Assembly: GCF_018350175.1 (NCBI RefSeq)
Contig: NC_058368.1
Span: forward strand, 76,508,001 to 76,572,000
Source of the DNA: Felis catus
Lineage: Eukaryota
Direction of reading: 5' to 3'
Length of the DNA stretch: 64,000 nt
Below are positions 1-11,960 of the stretch, one piece after another. The position numbers were made by a program, and so were the translations under genes. The notes under the pieces were generated by a model. It did no database searches, was not told where the DNA came from, and worked only from the letters and a program-made list of their open reading frames with translations. How positions within the stretch are numbered: position 1 is the first letter of the stretch; each line of letters begins with the position of its first letter.

Positions 1-1638
1 CCAAATAAACTTCAGCATGGGTTTACTCTGCTGAACAATGCCCGTGGCTTTGCTTGTGTACTCTAAAGTGTTAACCTGATCCAACTTTAGCCTACTCAAA
101 AAAAAAAAAAAAAATAGATCCATCGCTCCCCAATTTGTAGAGGGATTACACAATTTAAATTTCTGTCAAGGATTTTACAGCAATAAAAAAAAAAATTCTG
201 CATGTTGAGAGGATGCGTTTTGGCCAATGGCTTAGAGGAGAACGCACACATCCCCACCATTTCTGTTAGCATATTACAATTCAAAATGCCAGTTGCTTAC
301 GGGACTGTAGCTTCTGTGTCCGATGGAACAAGATGAAATTGTTAATCCTCGGCTTTGGACCTAGAAGCAGCATTCAAAAGGTTCAATTTGAGTTGTAAAA
401 AGCTATTGAATGCAATGGATTCATTAAGTTCAACAGATCTAGTTCTTTTTAGTCTATGACCATAGGTGGCTTTTGAATTATTCTCCATCTGAAGAGGAGG
501 AGTTACCATGTTTCTCCACTACCCATCCGCAAAAAACCACGGTCTCCATGGTCTTCCAAAAACACTTTGGAAAATAAAGCTAAATCCTTCCCCCAAAGGA
601 AGCCCATGAATGCTCACTTCGATTTACATTTTGTATCATCCCTGTCAACCAGATCGTGTTTTGACACGATCTTTCTAGATCTAGATCTTTCTAGATCTCC
701 ATTCTAGAGAGGAACCAGTTAAGGAGAAGTTCTAAATCAAACAAGAGAGTTACTCTTTGAATCTGGCCTGGAGTCCACACCTACAGTCTGAACTTACGAT
801 CTCCTTTGGAGAATTTAAATCATGCCCAATAAATGAATGCTGAAACTTGTAATGACAAAAGATCTGAAAAAGTACATAGATGCTTGCTTACTCACTGGTA
901 GGAGTTCAATCATACCAGTAAAAATACCAGATGTATTTTGGTGAGTATATTTCAGTTCAATTTCCATTGTTGCCTGCCTACAGGTATCCAGCACCTCACT
1001 GAGTGAGGTTAGGTATGAAAAGTTCCCAGGAAATGGAACACAGCTCATTAGTTAGAACCTAAAAAGTCAGTGGAAGAATACTAGCAAAGACTGATGAAGA
1101 AAGTAAGCAGAATACCATAGAAACTACGTGGGACTAGATCACAGAAGAGCCATACACCGAGCAGGTGGTCACAGAAGCCTAGGGCCATCTCCCCGTCTCA
1201 TTTCAGTTGACGATGCTTCGGGAGAATCTCCCATCAGACAGCATTCCCACAGCCAGACACACACTGACAATGAAGTCTTCAACATGCCAAGCAGGAAGTT
1301 ATTCTCTGGTCTGGGCTTGTTATTCCGACAGCACTTTCCAATAGCACTTTCCAACATGCTGCCTGCTGCAGTTCAGTTTACCCCTTTTTCCTTCTGCATC
1401 CCTCCACCCCAACACAAACCAGGAGGAACAAACTATACCCACACTTCTCTCGGCCACTAGTCTTCGACCATGAGCTACTTTCCTCCCGAGGTCCATCTGA
1501 TCTAAAAGGAATGTCCCTTTTGTTGTAAGGAAACGGAAATGGTGAATGGTTTCGATAGAGTCTATATCCTTTGGTGCCTTTGGTATTATGTCTAGCAGAG
1601 GTTGATGGTTCCATAATCATAGGAGCAATTTGTAATCT
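1..1638 (-). other. Cluster of candidate spliced exons (1638-~1439, 863-798, 703-618, 360-301, 91-<1) of an unidentified gene, lncRNA or pseudogene
   Basis: Minus-strand acceptor/donor pairs: tactttttcag|ATC..ATC|gtaagt (863-798); ccttaac..ttcctctctag|AAT..GAA|gtgagc (703-618); tgctgcttctag|GTC..CCC|gtaagc (360-301); T-run gagtag|GCT (91); ctatttttaag|AGA (1638). No TEs recognised in this stretch. Confidence 0.5.
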
Positions 1639-1999
1639 CTTAAAAATAGCAATGTCAACAACCTTTTAAAAAAAAACAGACACTAAAACACTGGTGGCCT
1701 TGCATCTCCCCAGATAAACAGCCCCTTCAACTCCAGCCTTAAGCACAATTTCCCCTCTAGCACTCTTTCCGTCCTCAGCCAAGTCTTCTCAAAGTGCACT
1801 GCACGGTCTCCCGTTCCCCACCTTCCCTAGGTCCTCCTTATCCCATTGTAATTGGGCACGTCCCATCACCATTGCCCTCCTACTGGATGACAAGCGACCT
1901 CTATGGTGCCCAACTCAATGGGCTCTAAGCAAATGAACTTCTATCTTCTTAGACACCTAAACACACCATCCCTGAAACTGTCCTAAGTGGACTCCCTGA

Positions 2000-2350
2000 C
2001 TTTCTTAATCCATTCAGGCTGCCATAACAATACCATAGAGTGGGTGGCTTGTCAACAAATTTCGCACAGTTCTTTCTGGAGCCTGGAAGTCGAGGACCAC
2101 GGCACTGACGGTGTCCATTGAGGACCTACTTCCTGGTTCACAGATGGCCATCTTCTCCTTGTGTCCTCACATGGCTGAGGGGGTTAGACAGCTCACTGAG
2201 GTATCTTTCTTAAGGGCACTAGTCCCATTCATGAGGGCTCTGCCCGCAGGACTTCATCACCTACCAAAGGCCCCATCCCCAAGTATTACCACATTAGGGA
2301 TGAAGTTCAACACATGAATTTCATAGGAAAAGAAACATTCAGTCTATAGT
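2000..2350 (-). mobile_element. MaLR solo LTR, MLT1A-like
   Basis: caggctgccataacaatacc...gtgtcctcacatggc...cccattcatgagggc...ttcaacacatgaattt...aacattcagtctatag matches the reverse complement of MLT1A. Confidence 0.8.
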
Positions 2351-3265
2351 GTTGACAATACTGATTTGTCTCTACTTCTGGTCAATCTTTTGTTTCCTTC
2401 ATGGACCCACCATGGCTGCCTTGCCTCTTGAGGCTCAGTGTTCCTAAGATTCCAGTCACTGAATCCCTCTCCTTCTAAAGAGACACAGAGCACTCAGAGA
2501 CCACTGGTCTCTCCCATAGCTTTTTATTCCTGACCAGATGACCCACTGGTAGCAGCACTAAGTCCCAACTGGAGTTTACCATCTTTCTCAGTACAGATTT
2601 ATTTCAGGTAGTGATACCAGTATCCACTCAACATTTTAAGCCAAAAGCTTCGGGGACCTTTCTGACTCCCCTCCTCGCTCTTCTGTGAGTTTGTTACAAA
2701 GGTCTGCTCTTCCCGATTTCCTAAATATCTTCAAAGACTCTTCATCCACTCCACGTCTCTCATTTACTTTAGACAACTGGTGCCAATAATCAGTACCAAG
2801 CCATGTTTTAGAAAGCTGTCGAGAGGACCTAAGACTCCACGTAAGCAGGTCACGGCACTGCCTATCCTTCAATGGTCCTCCACTAATCTAGACTAGATAG
2901 TCTCCATCTGACCCCAAAGCTTTGGTTCTGGTCACTTTCACATGGATCTAAGCTCCAGCAATCCAAAGTACTAACTACACCATTCCCCAGTCATCGTAGA
3001 CTACCTCTTAGCTTCTAGCACCTTCCACAGAAGGTTTCTCCCACTAGAAAATGCACCTATCTTCCTCCTCAAGCAAACTCCTACTCAGCATTCAAGCCTT
3101 CACAAAGATGACACAGATTAGGAAGGCTTCCACACAATCCACCACCTCCTACCATTGTCAAGATCAGACACCGCCTGCTGGGAGCTGTGAGAGCACATCA
3201 GACAAGATAGCTCCATTTTAGCACTTGTCTTATTTCACTGTAGCTGTTACAGGCTCCTTCAAGAT

Positions 3266-3449
3266 CCAGGTTTCTCAATCTTAGCACCACAGGCATGTTG
3301 GACTGGATAATCCTGTTGCAGCTAAGAGGTTTTGTAGCATCCCTGACCTCTACTCGCTAGAGGTCTACCCTGGTCGTGACAGTCAAAAAACACCCACAGA
3401 CATTGCTAAATACTCCCTGGGGACCATCGTCCCCAGTGGACAACTAGTC
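3266..3449 (+). mobile_element. MER20 (hAT-Charlie) DNA transposon relic
   Basis: gtttctcaatcttagcac...ggataat...tagcatccctgacctctac...cagacattgctaaat pattern. Confidence 0.75.
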
Positions 3450-4420
3450 CGCTAGACGGTGGGTTTTCACTTAGGTGAAGTGCTCACCTTGATCCCCAGC
3501 ATCAAGCACATGATGTAGCCCTGCACATGTTTAATGCAGGGCTCTTGAATGAGGTTTATTGAACAGATGAGGCCCGAAGCCTTATGAATCAGCTACTTGA
3601 AAACAAATCCCAAAATGACACTTTAAGGTAACTAAGAACAGGTCATCCTTTACATCTAAGATTGTATCTTAGTTGATTTGCAAAGGACGACTCCATTTCT
3701 GCTCTAAAGAGCACAACTCAAACACTACTTTATAAAAGTAGGTTACTTCAGTAAGAAAACAGGCAATTAGAACCAGGATATTTCAGTGTGTGATTTCTGT
3801 TTTCACACAAAGAAAAAGAACACCTTAGCTGAATGTACTGTGTTTCGATGGATATTTTCCCTTGTGTTAAATTAGATCTGGCTACAGGAAGGAACGCCAG
3901 AGACAAGGTAACACTTGCAATACGTTCTCTGAGCTGTGTCACAACCAATCATCGGCAGTGACCCTTATGCTTTGTCAGATCTGTGCTTGATTAAAACTCA
4001 CATTTTAAACCTTAAATGAGGCCCACCAATTTTAAATCTCTTTCCTTCTCATCCAAACCACACAACCAATTACATATGTATTTTCCTTCAAAAGCTTCCT
4101 CTCTCAAAAGGATCCTGCTTGCCTTCATCCAAGGATTATGATGAGGCAAAAACAAAACAAAACAAAACAAAATCCATGAGCCCGAGTCTCTTCTGAGAGA
4201 ACTACTAAGTAATTAAAAGTTTCACAAGTGAAGAATCTGTCCCTTAGTTTAGGACAAAGTTTGGCTTCAAGCAAAGAACCAAATTAAACGAAAACCTAAA
4301 AGTAATTGATTGTAAGTATTATTGAATCTTACCCCTGGCCTTCATGTTCTATAATCAACAATCACTTTTTTTTTTTTTTTAGGTCCTCTGAAATGGGTTA
4401 ACCAAGTAAACTAAGCCTAC

Positions 4421-4858
4421 CTCACTTCTCCCTTCCCCAGTTGCCCACCAGGAAGTTTAAGGAAATAAAGTTCTACATGGCCTGGTGGGACCGAACAGGA
4501 AGATCCGAAATTAGTGGAGTGCCATTTAGAAACCGGAGCATCGCTCCGAGGCTTTGACACAGTATGCCTAATTGTCAAAGGTCACAGACAGCTTCAAATC
4601 TGAGGCACATCCACCTCTTTTTAAAGTCTGCATTTCTCTGTTTTTAGCATTTGTGATAACACGGTCATAAGAAGTGCTTTACAGGAGGTGTTGAGTTTTA
4701 TTCAACTAAGGATCCTTGAAGACCAAAAGATCCCTTAGACTGAGAAATTCTTCCACAATAAGGGTGCAACACAAACACTAATATGCTTGAGGCCTTAGAA
4801 CATGTAGCAATCCAGAAGCCAGGACAAGTAGCCAACTGCAGAGAGATCTGAAGAAAAC
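4421..4858 (-). other. Candidate non-coding/5'UTR exon of the minus-strand transcript
   Basis: Acceptor gttttgtttcag|G at 4858; donor GAG|gtaggc at 4421; no long ORF. Confidence 0.3.
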
Positions 4859-5545
4859 CTGAAACAAAACTGGTTCGTAAAAACAGTGTCTGATGGAATG
4901 TTTTTCATTTTAACTCTATTTCAGGGTGTTAACAGATCCGTGAAAACCTCAAAGTCAAATGCATTCTGCAAGGATGGCTCTGCTCAGTCATGGGCTCCTT
5001 GGGCTTCCTTCTCGGACCTTGCTCCCTTCCACAGGACGCCTGGACCGTGTGATGCCCTGTGAGTTCCCAGGACACCTTCTTCCTGTAGGATACCATCCAA
5101 CACCCTGCAGCATCCAGAATACAGACCTGAATGGTCTCCTCCAAATGCAAGCTCAGCTGAAGGAGCCCAGTCTCTAAATACCACCTTCTACTTTCGCGGC
5201 TCTAATCACGGTATTGACCGCCCATTACGTGAGACCTGTAAACCCCCAATCTCCCCACTTTTTCATTCTCACGTAGCTCCATTGCTTCCTCACTTCCCTC
5301 CTTCCTCAGCTTCAATTCTAGCTCCTTCATCACAGGCACTGCTTGAGTGAACCCCGAACTCCCTCCCCACCTCCTTCACATTTGTTGGCCAAACCCCAGT
5401 CCTGGTTCCATCTGAGTGGCCATTCTCTGCCAGGATAGCTGAAGGCATGTGGACAGAACATGAGTAAGGTGACTGATTGTGGTCTTCAAAGACGTCCACT
5501 AAAGTCATGGGACCCCTCAGTGCCACCAGTAACCACCTAGGTTTC

Positions 5546-5773
5546 CTTTTTTTTTTTTTCCATTTTTTTAATGTTTATCTATTTTTGAGACAGAGAGAGT
5601 GACAGAGTGAGAGCAGGGGAGGGGCAGAGAGAGGAAGAGACACAGAATCTGAAGCAACTCCAGGTGCTGAGCTGTCAGCACCGAGCCCGATGTGGGGCTG
5701 GAACCCACGAACCTGGAGACCATGACCTGAGCCAAAGTCGGACACTTCACCAACTGAGCCACCAAGGTGCCCC
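5546..5773 (-). mobile_element. Can-SINE (SINEC_Fc2-like)
   Basis: Reverse-complement SINE body; TSD aacc(a/c)cctaggtt. Confidence 0.93.
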
Positions 5774-6454
5774 AACCCCCTAGGTTCTCTTGACCCATCT
5801 CTTTTGCTACCTCCAGAAAGAACCACCTCGCTCTTCAGACATGTAGCATTTCATCTCCTCTCTCCTCACAGTCAGGGAGTCTTTGATTTCTAGGAGAAAC
5901 ACTTAAGACAGAGAAAAAGGCCACTCACTCTCAACCATATATACGGCCCAACTTTATCAACAGCCCATCTTTGCCTTCCTACCTATAATAATGGCAGAAC
6001 TTCCCGCTTCAGAAGGCTGAGGCTTCCACACTGGTCGTAGATCCCATCCTTTCTCACCTACTCAAGGGAGTCTCTCCAGGAATTCTTTCCTCTCTCCTGC
6101 ATCCTCCCCTGGTCACTCTGAGGTTGTTTCTCATCAGTAGAGAAACACTGGGAGGATTCCAAGGTAGGATAAAGAACCCTGGTATCCCCACAAACATTAT
6201 TTCTATGCTCATTTTCATATGGATCTTTCTTTGGGTCCTTTACTTTTCTTCCACATCTCCCAGATCACTGGAGGTCAGGAACCCCCGAATTCTTGTCCAG
6301 TTACCCATTTCACATTCTCAAGGGTTCGACAGCCAAGTCAAGTTTCACATGCCAAACTGAACTCCCAATTTCTCCCACCTCCAGAAGTAGCTCCCGCTGT
6401 CCTTTCACATAGCCCTGCTATCAAGTGAGTGGCAAGTACATCTCGGGAGTTGCT

Positions 6455-6594
6455 CCAACAAAATACGTAAACATATACATAAATACATACATAAGTTATT
6501 CTTTGAGAACATCCCCATTAGGAAATATGCCGATACATTTAGGAGTGAAGAACCATGTAACTATTCTCAGATCACTCAAGATGATTGCATACAT

Positions 6595-6632
<38 letters not shown>

Positions 6633-6775
6633 CAAAAGGGGGAGGAGGAGAAGCGAAGCAAATGGGGTAAAATGTTAACAGGTGAGTCTAGGTAAAGGGT
6701 ATGACTGGTGTTCCTTGAACTAGTCTCCCAGCTTTTCATAAGTGTGAATTTTTTAGCCAAGGTTTTCAAATGGAA
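6455..6775 (+). mobile_element. Old L1M 3' UTR fragment containing a (CA)n tract at 6597-6630
   Basis: gcaaatggggtaaaatgttaacaggtgagtctaggtaaagggtat is a typical L1MC 3' end. Confidence 0.7.
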
Positions 6776-7308
6776 CTAATGCTGACTCTTCCCTCCTTCA
6801 CCGCCTCCAACCCAGGTCAACAGAAAATTCTGTTGCCACTACTTTCCGATAATGCCCAAGATATGGCCCCTTGTCACCATCTGCAACATCCCTAGTCCAG
6901 CCCCCACGGTGGCCATGTTCTCTGCTCTGCCCCCCTCCTGCCCTGCCCCCCCCCCCTCCACGGCCTTCTGTAAGAGCAGACAAAGGCTATTCCTGCTCTG
7001 CTCACAATCTGCCTGTGGTTCCCATGTCCCCTCAGTAAGGGCTGTCATCAAGGCCTCATGGGCGCCATGTAGCATTCCCCTCCCTCCATGCAGCTGCAGG
7101 TACTCTGAGCCAAACTCAATCCTTCAGGGCTTCCACACATTCTGTCTAGAATATTCTTCCTCCCGGTGTCTACGGGTCTTGCTCCAGCAATTCTTTAGGT
7201 CTGTGCTCAAATGTGGTCTCGTCACCATGGGTTCCTCTGAGTGACCTCTCTGGGAAGAGGCCCTCTTCTCTCCCCCAGGGCTCACCACTTCCTCATCTGA
7301 TTTTCTAT

Positions 7309-7490
7309 CAGAGTGTAGCAAAATTTTCCTTAAAGGGCCAGGGCAAGTATTTTCGGCCATAGGGTCTCTGCAGGTGGTCTTTCAACTCTTATTGTAGCAC
7401 AGAAGCAGCCACAGACCATAAATAGATGGGTAAGACTTACATAAGGTGGCTGGCCAGATTTGGCCAATATGCCCTCATTCCAGACCCCTG
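7309..7490. mobile_element. MER58A-like hAT MITE
   Basis: taaagggccag...gcagccacagac...ggccagatttggcc...gacccctg. Confidence 0.75.
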
Positions 7491-8129
7491 TTCTGGATGA
7501 AGGCTACTATAGATCTTGGGTTTCTTCATCTCCCATTATTGACTTGCAAGCTCTGTGAGAGAAGGTACGTGCTTGTGTCCACTCCTGGACCTTCGGTGCC
7601 AAGAGCAGGTGGCACAGACTCCAATGTTCACTGGATAACAGAAATCCATCCGTGCAACACCTTCTAGTCCTACTACATCTATTTCCTTCCTCCAGTGGAG
7701 GAAGTGCTCCTTCTGATCCAACTGTCCCCTCGGTATTGTTTCCTTGTATTTTACTTCAACTAGACTCTACCCTCCTTTATAGCAGAGGTGGGTTTCTTCC
7801 ATCTGGAAGTCCAACGTGCTTCAGAATACTTAACCGAATAGGCTCTATAGATCTGTATCGAAAGAAGAAATCGATCACGATAAGAAGGGAGGTAAGAATA
7901 GAGAAGGCTAAGCGGAGATGGGAGGGAAGCTTACAGGAAAAAGAGGATCGTAGGAGTGAGTGCTAGCAATTTCCTCTGAGGACAGAAAATGCGGAGGATG
8001 CTCTGCTCTACGTTTTGCCAGCCAAACAATACCTGGAGGGCTTTGTTCTTATGCTGCTGCCCATACTTTAAGAGGGAACTTTGTGTGGTGCTTCAAGAGG
8101 AATACAGCCAAGGTAGTGAAAGGAAATTT

Positions 8130-8505
8130 GACATTTGAAGAACCATTGAAAAGCTGGTGACTGAAACACGGAGATGGCTTAGCCTGGGAAGGAAGAGATG
8201 GAGAGGTACAGGATCACAGGCTTCAAATACTTAGACCGGTCAGACTTGAGAAGGATTAAATGCTTGGTGTTGGTCCAGAAATCCTACCGTGAGAATTACT
8301 GAAGTTGATGTTAGTTCAATAGAAGAACTTTCTAGAAGCTAGAGCGTCTGAAAACAAAGGATCAAATCACCAGAAGACATGCAGTTCCCATCACACAAAA
8401 GATTATTCAACCACTGCTCAGGAAGAACCTGGAAGGATCTGGGGGTGAGGTCAAGATCTTTGCCCGGATGACTAGGGTTCCTTCCAACTTGGAGACTAGA
8501 ATTTT
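8130..8505 (+). mobile_element. CR1/L3 LINE 3' end relic
   Basis: ttagcctgggaaggaagag...cttcaaatactt...gttcccatcac...gttccttccaact. Confidence 0.6.
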
Positions 8506-8949
8506 ATCAAAGCTGTGAAGGGTATCCAAATGCAGAACCGGGGGACCAACCTGCCAGCTGTTGCCTCAGCTGGTTGTGAGCTCATCTGACAGCGCCCCAA
8601 ACATGTTCAGTAGACAACATTCCCAAGAGGAAGTTAGTTCAATGTCACTTAGTGGTCTTAGAAGAACATTTCTAAAAGTCTCCTAAGTATTAGTTGTATA
8701 GATAAATGGGAAAAAAAAATGAAGATCTGTATCCCTACTTTGTATCACAGAAGGAGAAACTCATGAAAAAGGTCATCTAATAGGCCCAGGACAGAGCCTT
8801 AGAACAGGACCACGGAGGAAGCTACCAGAATCAGGTCCCCGTGGCAGGTACTCAACCAGGGCTCCCCAGGAATCCAATCCAAACTTAAAAGCCCTGCTGG
8901 CCAGTCGTCCCCTCTATTTTCCTCTTTGTGTAGATCTTTAAACTTCTCA

Positions 8950-9135
8950 GGGGCACCTGGGTGGCTCAGTGGGTTAAGTGTCCAACTCCTGATTTCAACT
9001 CAGGTCATGCTCTTATAATTCAGGAGTTCGAGCCCCCCATCAGACTCTGCAGTGCACAGCCTGCTTGGGATTCTGTCTCCCTCTCTGCCTTTCTCCTCAC
9101 TCACACTCTCAAAAACAAGCATTTAAAAAAAAAAA
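8950..9135 (+). mobile_element. Can-SINE (Fc3-like)
   Basis: ggggcacctgggtggctcag head, A tail, TSD aacttctca. Confidence 0.93.
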
Positions 9136-9186
9136 TGAACTTCTCAAACCTTACTTCACATTCAAACATTAAAATACCTTGCTTCA

Positions 9187-9371
9187 GGGGCACCGAGGTG
9201 GCTCAGTTGGCTCAGCTTCGGACTCTTGGTTTCGGCTCAGGTCACGAGATCACAAAACCATGAGTTGAAGCCCCACATCCGGCTCCACGCTGTTAGGGTA
9301 GAGCCTGCTTGGGACGCGCTCTCTCCGCCTCCCTCCGCCCCTCCTCTGCTTGTGCTCTCTCTCCAAATAAA
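9187..9371 (+). mobile_element. Can-SINE (Fc3-like)
   Basis: SINE head, CT tract, aataaa. Confidence 0.9.
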
Positions 9372-9769
9372 CTCTAACAAATTGAAATCAAATCTCTGGT
9401 TTCAACCATATACTCTTCCCCAACACCTCGGTCATGCTATCACTTCCCCAGGGAAGACTCATAAATGACCTGCCTCTAACTTCTCATCTGCCGCCGTTCA
9501 CTCTGCGGACAGGATTTTACCACACCCTTTACCGAGCCTCTGGTGTTGAACGCTCCGGAGGCTCCACAGGTGCAGCCTTGACATGACGTTCTGAGAGCGC
9601 TGGGTACTGTTGGGCTTTCCCCGCTCCAACGTGCTCTTTTGCTTCTGCGATAATTAATCGCTCTTTGGGGCTGTGGGTGTCGGGCACGGAGCTGGCACTT
9701 GAAGACAACTCTGAAGAGGATGAATGTGGTTTCTGCTTGGTTTATGACTTTGTTCGGAATCCTACAAGC

Positions 9770-10495
9770 GTCATGGACTGAACTGCACCTCACTAAAGGT
9801 CCATTCGAGTTCCAAACCTTAGCACCGAGGAGTGGGACCTTATGTGGGAACAGGGTCCTCACCGACGTGGGTACGATGCAAGTTACAGTGAGGCCATACT
9901 GTGGGGAGGGGGGATGATCCAACAACTGGAGTCCTTACAAGCGGATTTGGACACCAGACACAGGAGATGGTCCTGTGAAAACCCATATTCAGACACAGAC
10001 AGAAGAGGTGAAGACAGAGGAAAACGCCACAGGAAGATGGAGGCAGAGGGTGGAGGGACAGACCTACAAGCCAAGGAACAGAAGGAGCATGGTCACCGGA
10101 AGCTAAGGCAGAAGCATGCGAGAGATTCTCCCCATCGAGCCTTCAGGGAGAGCAGGACGTTGCCAACATTTTGATTTGGGACTTCTAGACTCCATAGCAG
10201 AGAAGAAGTTTTGGTTTTCAAAGCTCCGATTCTTGGGGCGCCTGGATGGCTCAGTCGGTCAAGCATCCGACTTCCACGCAAGTCATGATCTCACGGTTCG
10301 TGAGTTCGAGCCCCACATCAGACTCTGTGCTGATAGTGTGGAGCCTGCTTGGCATTCTCTCTCTCGCTCTCGCTCTCTCTCTGCCCTTCTCCTGCTCACA
10401 CTCCCTCCCTCTCTCTCTTAAAAGTAAACATTTAAAAAAAAAGACCCCAAAACCTTCAATTCTTGGTCCTTTAAGGCAGCCCTGGGAACCTAACA
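9770..10495 (+). mobile_element. MaLR LTR (MLT1B/C-like) split by a Can-SINE
   Basis: tggactgaact...gaagatggaggcagag...caagccaaggaa...gagccttcagggagagc...ggcagccctgggaacctaaca. Confidence 0.75.
10235..10442 (+). mobile_element. Can-SINE
   Basis: Full head, CT tract, A tail, degenerate TSD ending attctt. Confidence 0.93.
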
Positions 10496-11539
10496 GGAGC
10501 AGCAATTGGGCAATTAATGGTAAAGCAGGTGCTGTGAATGAATTACAAGAAGCTGCCGGTGAAAACTAGGTTCGTGAGAAGCATTTTGCTTGCAAGGGAC
10601 AGGAATGGGACCCCAACAGAATCAAGCAAATACCGCAGAATAGACGAGTACCCAAGGGTTGAAACACCCATGTCGGGACCCTCCCCCCTGCTCCGTCCTT
10701 TCTCAGGCAGGCTGCCCCCCCCCCAAAGGCAAGCAGAACCCCAGCAGGTACAGGCTGCCCTGGTCCCTGCAGCCTCCCTCCAGGGATAGGGGCTCAGACT
10801 CTCAGCATCCATGGGAGTTCTTGAAGCAACAGGCCCACTGGCAGCCGAGGCCACAGGTCTGACTTCACCCGGAAAAGGGGGCCTTTATGATTCAGACCCC
10901 CACGTGGTGTAGAGGAACAGGGGTGGAGAGGAAAAGAACTTTCCAGGTATCAGGAGAGGGAGAACGTGGTGCGAGCGAAGCAAGACTAGCAAGGGTCTGC
11001 AGCACTGCCTAAGTGTTCGGGGAAGGCTTAGAGACACAAAGACCCTCCTGGTTAGGACCTTAAGGAAGCTGGTAACTGGTCAGGCTGAGGGTAGGAGGGA
11101 ACCGGTTCCAGGCAGAAGGAATGAAGTGTGCAGAAGCCCAGCGCTGGGTCCTCACGACCCCCTGTATCTGTGGTCACTAGGAGCAGAAATCCTAACTCCC
11201 GTCCCAAGGGGGGAGGGGGGATCAGCTTTGTTCTTTCCTAGAATTCTCACTGGCCAGCCTCCTTCCCAGGCGTCTCTACCTCCTGCTCTCAGGGTTAGGA
11301 GGACATTGGAGGTGACAGTTCCACTTCCGATCACCTCTGCTGCCGGATCCTCAGGGAGCCTCCCGCCCTCCCCCCCCCGCAGCACCCTGCCAAACACCAG
11401 GACTGTCCTCCTGGGACCCCGGCCCCTCCCCCCACGCCCCAGCACTCGGCGCCTCCCCCGCTTCCCAGACAGGCTCCTAGTTGTTGCACGGCCTCCGCCA
11501 GCTGCTTGCTCTACCTGGAAAACGGTCTCCTTGTGCACT

Positions 11540-11960
11540 GGCTGGCTGGTTATGACGTCACAAGCCACCACAATCCCACCAAGTGGCTCAAAACAGCGAC
11601 ACAGAGCTCTCGCCTCACTCTACTGGGGTCACAAGGCCCACACAAGACTCACCGAGCCAAAGTCAAGGCGTTGGGTGGGCTGCACCCCCATCTGGGGGCG
11701 GCTGTACTCCCTTACCTCTTCCAGCTCCTAGAGGTCCCCCACATCCACGGTGCCTGGCCGCTTCCTCCAGCTTCCGACCCAACGGCAAAACGAGCCCGTC
11801 TGGAATCTCCCCGCTCTGACTCCCTTCTGCCTCCCACGTCCACCCTTAACAAGGACGCTTGTGATCGCACCGGGCCCGCCTGCAGAACTCGGCCGACCCT
11901 CCCAGAAGTCAGCTCATTAGCAACCTTCACGGCACCTGCAACCTTAAACCCCACCCCCAC
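11540..11960 (-). mobile_element. MaLR LTR (MLT1D-like), unusually CpG-rich
   Basis: agtggctcaaaacag...gccaaagtcaagg...cttccagctcctagagg...cttctgcctccc...aaggacgcttgtgat...gtcagctcattagcaacctt matches reverse MLT1D. Confidence 0.7.

Larger units (their letters stand above)
1745..3570 (+). mobile_element. Degenerate L2 LINE 3' region, interrupted by MLT1A and MER20
   Basis: Pyrimidine-rich L2-like blocks ending in an L2-type tail (ttgaatgaggtttattgaacagatga). Confidence 0.65.
5190..7645 (+). mobile_element. Long degenerate L2 fragment interrupted by a SINE, an L1 piece and MER58A
   Basis: L2-like blocks (tcaagtttcacatgccaaactgaactc; gacttgcaagctctgtgagagaagg near the 3' end). Confidence 0.65.

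Noticed and set aside
2636-2872. ORF faintly resembling a pyrin domain (SLKIFRKSGRADLCNKL)
   Set aside because: It lies antisense within an L2 relic and has no supporting exon structure.
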